The notes under the pieces: generated by a model
The model's database searches: none
Told to the model about the DNA's origin: nothing
What the model saw: the letters and a program-made list of their open reading frames with translations, nothing else
Position numbers and translations under genes: made by a program
Part shown: positions 55,406 through 64,000 of the stretch, in pieces
Numbering within the stretch: position 1 is the first letter of the stretch
How the letters are laid out: every line of letters starts with the position of its first letter
From: Eledone cirrhosa
Lineage: Eukaryota
Direction of reading: 5' to 3'
DNA: 64,000 bases
Assembly: GCA_964016885.1 (NCBI GenBank)
Contig: OZ024740.1
Location: 247,814,001-247,878,000 of the forward strand

Positions 55406-55559
55406 TACATACACTGAAGCACGTTATACATGTGGAAAAAGCAGACAGGCAGGAAGCACCCACACAACCACAGTGCCGCAAGGTGGGTCGAGATGGGGGC
55501 AGGGGTAGGGTGGGATGGAGGCGGAGGGGACACTTTGTCGAGTGGGGCCTTTTAAAAAT

Positions 55560-56290
55560 AATTTGTTTACCCATCTGCATCAACACTGGCTTAAGATATT
55601 TGAAAGGTGCAAAGCTTCTGTGCATGCAATTCGGGCAGTGTTCAGAGAGTGTGGTCAGTATCGGGCCCTTCGCAAATAGTATTTCGTAACTCTCTGAAAT
55701 ACAAAGGTCACAGCACTTGTGTCCTCCCTTGTGTGAGCGCGCTTTTTGGAGTATTTTCCATTTGAGCGTGAAAGGCGTGGAGTTCCTCTTGAGGTCCCAG
55801 ACATAGGAGGCGAGTGTTGCCTGATAGGATTTGTCCGGTCTTCTGAAAGAGTGGGTATGGGCATACCACCGGGGTAAAATTGTTGGAAGTCATGCCGATA
55901 CAAGTCTCCTTGTTGTTGTCACCAGTGCCTGAGATGACATCACATTTATATACGATGTCATTTGTCAGGCATTTGTTTTCATGTGGGCTGGCTTCCGCAT
56001 TTTGCACAAAGCTCCTGTCCGGAGATGTGTTTCGGAGGTAGTACGCTTATTTAATTTTGTAGTGCTGAGATTGGCTATATTCCTAGCTAGGTTAGGTGTA
56101 ATGGAGTAGGAGAGTCCTATTGTATTCTTATTAAAGATAGTGTAGTACCTATGTTGTGTGGGGAAGTCTACACTCAGCAATTTGAAGAAAGTCCTAGCTA
56201 TAGGTGCAGAAACCTCTCCATTAAAGGGGTAGTTGTACCAACTAATCTGCCTATACCTATTTCTCGTAGGTATTCTTGGGTGGTTTCTAG
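55560..56290 (-). pseudogene. Penelope-like element 3' fragment (GIY-YIG), frameshifted
   Basis: WYNYPF, FPTQHRYYTIFNKNTIGLSYS, KCLTNDIVYKCDV..CIGMT. Confidence 0.8.
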
Positions 56291-56675
56291 ATAAGTAATC
56301 TTTTCTTTAAATCCACTGCGGGTGAAGGCGTCGTTGTAGCAAGAGGCAGAGGCGCCAAAGATATTCTCACTGGTCGAGAGACCGGAGATTCTATATATAT
56401 ATATATATGTGTGTGTGTGTATTCATATTTCATATATATATAGTACAGTAATAGGTTTAAAAAATTCAAGGTGTAGAGTAAAGTCCGTAGGGCGAGTTTG
56501 AGTATAAACATTTGCGACTGTACTACAACGGCGCCATACCAGGTACGAACGTTTCGTTGATCGTATGACGACTAACTTATTCAAAATGTGCCGATGAAAA
56601 AGAACCGGAAAGTGTTTACTCATAGGGGCATGTGTGTGTCTGTGTATGTGTATGTGAGTGCATATGTGTGTGTAC

Positions 56676-56723
<48 letters not shown>

Positions 56724-57096
56724 CTGACGGCCGTATGTATGTAACAAACTTTTGGCAGAACGGCTGGACCAAACAGCACCAAATTTGCACCATAGATGTA
56801 ACTTTTTCCAAGAAAGTGAGGGTATTTTTGTCTTCTAAATTTCGTTAAAAGATTAAAGATATTTTATTGTTTATTTAAATATTCACTTCTTTTAAATTTT
56901 CAAATGTCAACACTTCCGGTTATACGACATTCCTCTCTCTTTCTTAGTCTGTCTTTTTAGATAGATACATATTTATAACGTCGCACCCTTATAATATGTC
57001 TCTGTATGTCTGGCTGTCTGCATTATGAAAACCATTCTGTATATTGACTTCGATATCTGTGTGTGTATATATGTAAATATATATATATATATATAT

Positions 57097-57445
57097 GGAA
57101 AGTTATATTTAAATTGTTGGGTTAACAACGAGTAAATATTTATAACTGATATAAAAGCACTCAACAAGTATTTGGAGTATATTTATGATATTAAATAAAT
57201 GGAAACTATATTTATAAAACCATATTTATTTCGTTATATATATTTCAGGGATATCATATTAACAATAGGCAAATCAACCTCACAAATGCAAGGTGATTGA
57301 AAGGTATGTCGTATCTATTTATTTATAAGACTGTTTATATTGTATTTTGTCTGAAGATGGCATAACATATTGTTAATATGATATCCCTGAAATATATATA
57401 ACGAAATAAATATGGTTTTATAAATATAGTTTCCATTTATTTAAT

Positions 57446-57450
<5 letters not shown>
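57097..57450. repeat. Fold-back pLTR-like cassette (22420-22625 family)
   Basis: 57185-57265 is inverted at 57366-57450. Confidence 0.85.
57343..57408 (+). ncRNA. Minimal hammerhead ribozyme
   Basis: tattttgt-CTGAAGA-tggcataacatatt..aatatgatatccct-GAAA-tatat-ATA-acgaaata. Confidence 0.8.
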
Positions 57451-57497
<47 letters not shown>

Positions 57498-57500
<3 letters not shown>

Positions 57501-58264
57501 GAAAAAGTGAAGAATAACATGGTCAACAGTTAAAAAAAGGGAATTTATTTACAGTCTAACAATTGTTTCTCTGATTAAGTTGTCTAAAATTGCTGAACAC
57601 TAGAAGCAGTGTCACTCAATTTTAAATGCAATCATCAGAGACTATTACAGAAAATATATAACCGGCAAATCTATAAATTCAAATTACACCATCAATAATA
57701 ATTGTTTCTACTTTTGGCACAAGGCCAGCAATTATCCCAGTGTATTACTGGTACTTTATTTTATCGACCCCGTAAGGATGAAAGGCAAAGTTAACCTCGG
57801 CGGGATTTGAACTCAGACCATAAAGGGCCGTAACTCTTTGCTGTGAAGCATGGCGTCCGACCCTCTACCGATACTGCCAATAATAATTGTTTCTACTTTT
57901 GGCACATGGCCACAATTATCCGGTGCATTACTGGTACTTTATTTTATCGACCCCGTAAGGATGAAAGCAAAGTTAACCTCGGCGGGATTTGAACTCAGAA
58001 TGGCATGCCAATAATAATATTAGTAATAAAGTAATATCTTTATTACTAATATTATTATTGATGCTGTAATTTGAATTTGTAGAGTTGACGGTTATATATT
58101 TTCTGTAATAGTCTCTGATGATCTGATTGAGCTAGCATCGTATTTAAAATTGAGTGGCCCTGCTTCTAGTGTTCAGCAATTTTTAGACAACCTAATCAGA
58201 GAAACAATTGTTAGACTGTAAATAAATTCCCCCTTTTGTACTGTTGACCATTTTTTCAATTTTA
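57498..58264. repeat. Inverted pair (57498-57690 / 58063-58264) enclosing two tandem SINEs and an AT palindrome
   Basis: Minus-strand SINEs at ~57700-57880 and ~57885-58005; palindrome at 58009-58060. Confidence 0.85.
58109..58218 (+). ncRNA. Hammerhead with extended stem II
   Basis: tagtct-CTGATGA-tctgatt..(~65 nt)..aatcaga-GAAA-caatt-GTT-agactg. The inverted copy at 57552-57644 has lost the 5' strand of stem II. Confidence 0.82.
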
Positions 58265-58424
58265 TTACTCCAAGATAAACTTACATAGGAATACAAGTTA
58301 AATCATAAACTCGCCATCTACGTAAACTTCTTGTTGAGTCAAACAACGCCGTATACCAAAACTATCCATAATAAGAAGTATTCACAACCTCTAACTGGAT
58401 TACCTATAACGATATTTTGTTTTC

Positions 58425-58496
<72 letters not shown>

Positions 58497-58618
58497 TCTC
58501 TTACTGGTAATATAATATTTCTCTTACGTGTAATAAGGTAGTAATAAATTACTGACCTTTCCTGTTTATAGTTGTTTATAGTATATGCATAACTATAAAT
58601 AGTATCTTTATTATTATA

Positions 58619-58696
<78 letters not shown>

Positions 58697-58699
<3 letters not shown>

Positions 58700-60340
58700 T
58701 GCCCCGCAAAAGTTTACAACACATTAGGAAAAATGTGGTTTTAGGTATTTTTAATAAAGTTAGGGTAATGAAAATTTAACTACCGATAGAACATATAATT
58801 GTTTCTACTTTTGGCACAAGGCCAGTGCGATAGAACATATAATGAGGCATTTAATGATACAATCATAGTTTTAAAAAAATAACAAGGAAATAACTCATGA
58901 AGAAAAATCAATATTTTTATAACGCAAAAGTTTACAACACATTTATTAAATCATCTCTTAATATTTCGTAGCGTAACCTTTGTTGCTAATTACAGCCTGT
59001 AGGCGTTTGGAGTAGCCTCCTACAAACTTCTTGCATGTTTCTTGGCTAATATTTATCCATTCTTCTCAACAAATTTTCTTTAGTTCAAGGATATTTTGGG
59101 GTTTCCTTTTTTGAATTCTCTCCACAAATTTTCGATCGGGTTAAGATCTGGAGATTGACTTGGCCATTTTAGAACATTTATTCCATTCGTACTTAATCAA
59201 GATTGTGTTAGCTTTGCAGTATGCTTTGGATTGTTATCTTGTTGAAAAAACCAACCTGGCTTTAAGCTGAGAGAATGTGCACTTTGATGTAAATTCCTTT
59301 GGAAAATACCTCTATAATAAGTGCCACCCATTCTTCCTTCTATTATTTCAATATTTCCTACTCCTGTGGCACTAAAGCAACCCCAGACCATGATTGATCC
59401 ACCTCCAAATTTTACAGTTGGAATAGTATTCTTCAGCGAATATTCAGTACCTTTCTTTCTCCAGACTTTTGCCACAGCATTTCGACCAAAATGTTCAATT
59501 TTTGTTTCGTCCGACTAAAGTACATCTTCCCAAAATGACGCAGGTTTGATGAGATGCTCATTTGCAAAGTTTAATCGACGAAGAACGTGTTTCCTCGTAA
59601 GAAGTGATGTTTTCCTTGGAGACCTCGAGAAGATATCATATCGATGTAGTGAACGACTAATTGTATCTGTGCTCACTTTTACTCCACTTTCTTCTAGGTC
59701 ATCCTGAAGATTTTTAAGAGTACACCGAGGTTCGTTGCCAACCTTTCTCGTCAATAACCGAGCTGCACGTTCCGTTATCTTTCTAGGACGACCAGAACTA
59801 ATTAGAGGACAGATGGAATGATGAGATTTCCAGTGACGAATTATTGTACCAACTGAACTCAATGGCACATTTAACTGACAAGATATCTTTCTATAACCAA
59901 CACCATTTGTATGAAGGTCTACAATGCGTTTACAGAGGTCTTGATCAATCAGTTTATTTTTCCCCATATTGTCCATGTTTACAGGACGGTTGTCAATGTT
60001 TACAGGATGGTTGTCAGACAAATAATGATGTAATGTTTTTAATAGTCCTTAGAAGTTACCTTAAACCTAATCTAGAACATTCTACTGAATTTTAAATCTG
60101 AAAATTTAAGAATTTTCTTGAAAAAAAGCGATAAATATAAAATGTGTTGTAAACTTTTGCGTTATAAAAATATTAATTTTTCTTCATGTGTTATTTCCTT
60201 GTTATTTTTTTTTAAATATGATTGTATCATTAAATGCCTCATTATATGTTCTATCAGTAGTTACATTTTCATTACCCTAACTTTATTAAAAATACCTAAA
60301 ACTGCATTTTTCCTAATGTGTTGTAAACTTTTGCGGGGCA

Positions 60341-60343
<3 letters not shown>
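58697..60343 (-). mobile_element. Tc1-like transposon with long IR/DR TIRs; transposase disrupted
   Basis: cagtgccccgcaaaagtttacaacacatt TIRs (~220 bp) with an inner direct repeat and TA flanks. SGRPRK, stop at 59515 followed by [44 protein letters not shown]. Confidence 0.95.
58800..58827 (-). mobile_element. 28-bp SINE 3' end with 16-bp TSD inside the Tc1 TIR
   Basis: cgatagaacatataat at 58784-58799 and 58828-58843; absent from the right TIR. Confidence 0.85.
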
Positions 60344-60427
<84 letters not shown>

Positions 60428-60689
60428 GTGTTAGTATCATAAATAAGAGACAGTTTAATTTGTACATTTTATTACACCATTCCTTTATACATATATATAC
60501 ATAAATATGTTATTTAAAGTTGTATAAAAAAGAAGTATAATTGTTTCTACTTTTGGCACAAAGCCACCAATTATCCAGTCCATTACTGGTATTTTATTAT
60601 GTACTTGCAGAATGACCCGGCGTTGCTCAGGATTTGCTCTAGGGTTATTATATATTTGATATATATTTATCCTTATCGAGCCTCGTGAA

Positions 60690-61178
60690 ATAAATACGTT
60701 TGTTTGTATTTTGCTAATGTGTATGCAAAAATATATGTACACGAATTTATAATTATATACATATATATATTAAAATAACAGATTAAAGTTTAAGCAAAGA
60801 ATCGCTTCTTTCACCTATAACGGGATCTTCTGAAACTAAAAAAATCAATCTGTGAACGCAGAAGTAAATATCAGAGAAGTACGGAATACCTCGACCTCGG
60901 GATGGTGTCTACATTTTGTGCTTATAAAAAAAATGAGTCGTAGATTACCAGGGTTTTTTCCGTGCAAAGAAAATCAATACTTTATCGCGAAATAAATACT
61001 TGTGTTTATATTTTGTTATTGTGTATGCAAAAATATCTGTACACGAATATATAATTATATATATATATATATTAAAATAGCAGATTAAAGTTTAAGCAAA
61101 GAATCGCTGCTTTCACCCTTAACGGGATTTCTGAAACTAAATTTAAAAAAATCAATCTGTGAACGCAGAAGTAAATGT
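60690..61178 (-). repeat. ~302-bp tandem of the CAGAAGA-hammerhead unit (motifs at 60787-60837 and 61089-61138)
   Basis: gtacacgaat recurs about 302 bp apart; both motifs carry small mutations. Confidence 0.8.
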
Positions 61179-61197
61179 TTCGAAAAACGTTACACAT

Positions 61198-61299
<102 letters not shown>

Positions 61300-61427
61300 A
61301 AGTTATATTTAAAATTGTTGGGTTACAACTAGTAAATATTTATAACTGATATAAAAGCACTCGACAAATACTTGGAGTATATTTACAATATTAAATAAAT
61401 GGAAAACTATATTTATAAAACCATATT

Positions 61428-61493
61428 TATTTCATTATATATATTTCGGGGATATCATATTAACAATATGCTATGCCTTCATCAGACAAAATA
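61428..61493 (-). ncRNA. Minimal hammerhead ribozyme (left arm)
   Basis: Mirror of 61661-61726. Confidence 0.82.
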
Positions 61494-61660
61494 CAATATA
61501 AACAGTTTTATAGATAAATATATTCGACATACCGTAATAAACATCAACATCATTTGAAGAGGTTCACTCTAGCAGTGACTGCTAGAGTGAACCTCTTCAA
61601 ATGATGTTGATGTTTATTACGGTATGTCGAATATATTTATCTATAAAACTGTTTATATTG

Positions 61661-61726
61661 TATTTTGTCTGATGAAGGCATAGCATATTGTTAATATGAT
61701 ATCCCCGAAATATATATAATGAAATA
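61661..61726 (+). ncRNA. Minimal hammerhead ribozyme (right arm)
   Basis: tattttgt-CTGATGA-aggcatagcatatt..aatatgatatcccc-GAAA-tatat-ATA-atgaaata. Confidence 0.82.
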
Positions 61727-61764
61727 AATATGGTTTTATAAATATAGTTTTCCATTTATTTAAT

Positions 61765-61806
<42 letters not shown>

Positions 61807-61944
61807 CATATATACACACACAGCTACGTAATAGTGTTGTAATGCAGAGAGCCAGGTATACAGACAGATATTATAAAGGCGCAACGTTATATCTATGTAT
61901 CTATCTAAAAAGAGAAAGACTAAGAGAGAGAGATCGCTAAATCG

Positions 61945-62119
61945 CCTAATGCGGTCCCTAGGGCATTGAAAATTTGAAATTGTGTTTGCTCGAAACACTC
62001 ACAGGACCATAAGTATTACATGTGTAACGTTTGAAAACAATCGGTTGGGTGGTTCTCGAGTTTTAGTGATCGGACAGACAGATGACAGACAGACATTCTC
62101 CGTTTTAGATATATAGATA
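61945..62119 (-). mobile_element. Helitron-like non-autonomous 5' end
   Basis: The minus strand begins a-TCtatatatc..(tctg)n..ctcgagaaccacccaaccgatt. A possible 3' end (gcaacgccgggtcattctgcaagt) lies at ~60605-60630. Confidence 0.4.
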
Positions 62120-62289
62120 ATATATATAATACGACATTCCTCTCTCTTTCTTACTCTGTCTTTTTAGATAGATACATAACTATAACGTCGCGCCCTTATA
62201 ATATCTGTCTGTTTGGCTGCCTGTCTGTATTGACTTCTCTTATAACCAACTTTTAATTAATTATATATATATAATTATATATTCGTGTA

Positions 62290-62655
62290 CATATTTTCAA
62301 CAGTAATACTGTACTGTATATTTTCAACAGTAATACTATACTATATATTTTCACAAGTAATACTCTGCTATACCATATATTTTCAACAGTAATACTGTAC
62401 TATATATTTTCAACAGTAATACTATACTATATATTTTCAACAGTAATACTATACTATACTATATATTTTCAACAGTAATATTATACTATATATTTTCAAC
62501 AGTAATACTATACTATACTATATGTTTTTATACTATACAGTCGTACTATACTATACTATATATTTTTAACAGTAATACTATACTATACTATATATTTTCA
62601 ACAGTAATACTATACTATACTATACTATATATTTTCAACAGTAATACTATACTAC
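62290..62655. repeat. ~26-31-bp minisatellite (tatattttcaacagtaatactatac), followed by Helitron-like hairpin/CTAG ends at 62655-62768
   Basis: About 12 units by direct reading. Confidence 0.8.
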
Positions 62656-62784
62656 ACGGACGGCTTATCGTCCGTTTATCCAAGCGAAGCTAGGTACGTC
62701 AGCTATATATATGGATGCCGTAGAACCCGCCATTGGTAGCCGGGCGCCAGCGGGACGGGCCAGCTAGTATGTATATATATATAT

Positions 62785-63810
62785 TTTTTTTATCGAGACA
62801 GTGATTATTAAGAGGACATTTAGTTCTATTAAGGCAATTGCATTTACGATTAATGTTATTAACAGTTATTTGCAAGTGGCCCAGAGTTATTTATAGAAGG
62901 AATTGTATTGGAGAAATTACCTACAAGAGGTGCTAATGTTTCCTGATTTAGATTAGTATTAGGAGCACTCAACGAAATTACGTTTGACGTCGTATTTGTA
63001 TTTAAGGAGTCTTGTCTAGAGTTTACATTGACGTCGGGCCTTATGTTGTTATTACTATGACGTTCAGGGTTGGATGGATGTGATTTATTATTTAATATTT
63101 TAGTATTATGTTTTGAGATAATGTTAGAGATGTTGGAAGTGGTGGAATAAGAGAATTTAATTGTATGCTTATAAATAAATAAGTAAAGGAGGGAAGCAAT
63201 TAGCTAACGCTCTAAAAATAGTTTAGGAATATTACTAATAATAGAAATAGAAAAAGGAGCGTTGTACCAAATAATATTTTTATATCTAGGTCTTCTCTTT
63301 ATGCTATTGGAATGCTTATAACTAGCTATGTTACTATAGGTTCTGCCATGATTGGTTTCATTATTGTATTTAATTCTGTCTGGGTAACCAGCTCTGGATA
63401 GCGCATTATTGTAATAATTGGCTTTAGCGTCAAAGATAAGTTTATCAGAAGATAGATTAGAAATTCTTTTTTCAACATTTCTGACTATAGTAGTTTTAAC
63501 ATTAATAGGGTGGTTTGATTTAAAATTAACATAATTTAGATTCTCATTATCCTTATGGTATGGGTAATATAGGCCGGTGTCGAGATTAGGGGATATATCC
63601 AGGAAGTTAGCTAATTTAACGTTGTTCTCAAATTCAATTTTTAGGTTATGGTGCTTAAATAGATCAAGTATATTATTCTTGATAATATTAAGGTTTACTA
63701 AGTTACAGTTTAAGACAGTAAAAAGGGCATCGTCACGATAAATTTCACCGCGAAGTTGAGGAATTTTCCGATTTACAGAGTTCAAGATGAAAATTCCAAC
63801 CAAGTCCGTC
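62785..63810 (-). pseudogene. Penelope-like element RT core-to-linker fragment
   Basis: IYRDDAL, NFLDI, YHKDN..YVNFKSNHP, IIWYNAPFS. After the stop it continues with HTIKFSYSTTSN and KCNCLNRTKCPLNNHC. Confidence 0.88.
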
Positions 63811-64000
63811 AGGCTGAATTGTCAGCTGGGTGGTAATCTCAGTTTTCGCCCCACAGGGGCGGAAATTTAATTTTAACAAATTTACAAGTTTTAAAAAATG
63901 TTCCTAACTTTAACAATGTGTGACTTACAACGAACGCTAGACTGCTTACAACGAACGCTAGACTGCGAGAAGAGAGGGAAAGAGACAGATATAAACGTTA

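Larger units (their letters stand above)
61384..61770. repeat. Perfect palindrome, 193-bp arms, 1-nt loop
   Basis: Centre agcagt-G-actgct at 61577. Confidence 0.93.

Noticed and set aside
62290-62655. CRISPR-like array
   Set aside because: No unique spacers; it is a eukaryotic minisatellite.

Overview
AT-rich, microsatellite-dense animal genomic DNA with no recognisable host protein-coding exon. It is probably a cephalopod (Octopus-like) intron or intergenic region, inferred only from the SINE and repeat content. Transposons present: a near-complete CR1-type LINE, several RTE LINEs plus bipartite RTE-derived short elements, an R4/Dong-like RLE LINE fragment, a mariner, an IR/DR Tc1, a Chapaev3-like element, MITEs, about 18 copies of a tRNA-derived SINE, and five Penelope-like (PLE; RT/GIY-YIG) remnants. 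The main unexplained signal is a dense set of non-coding cassettes sitting in (TA)n tracts as partial tandems, circular permutations and fold-back palindromes. By manual folding, about 10 unrelated families carry minimal type-I hammerhead ribozymes (over 20 motifs), including variant cores and long stem-II inserts. One 260-bp family instead carries a tRNA-like gene, and one ~555-bp family has no recognisable ribozyme. All folds and alignments were done by eye; boundaries are approximate unless stated.
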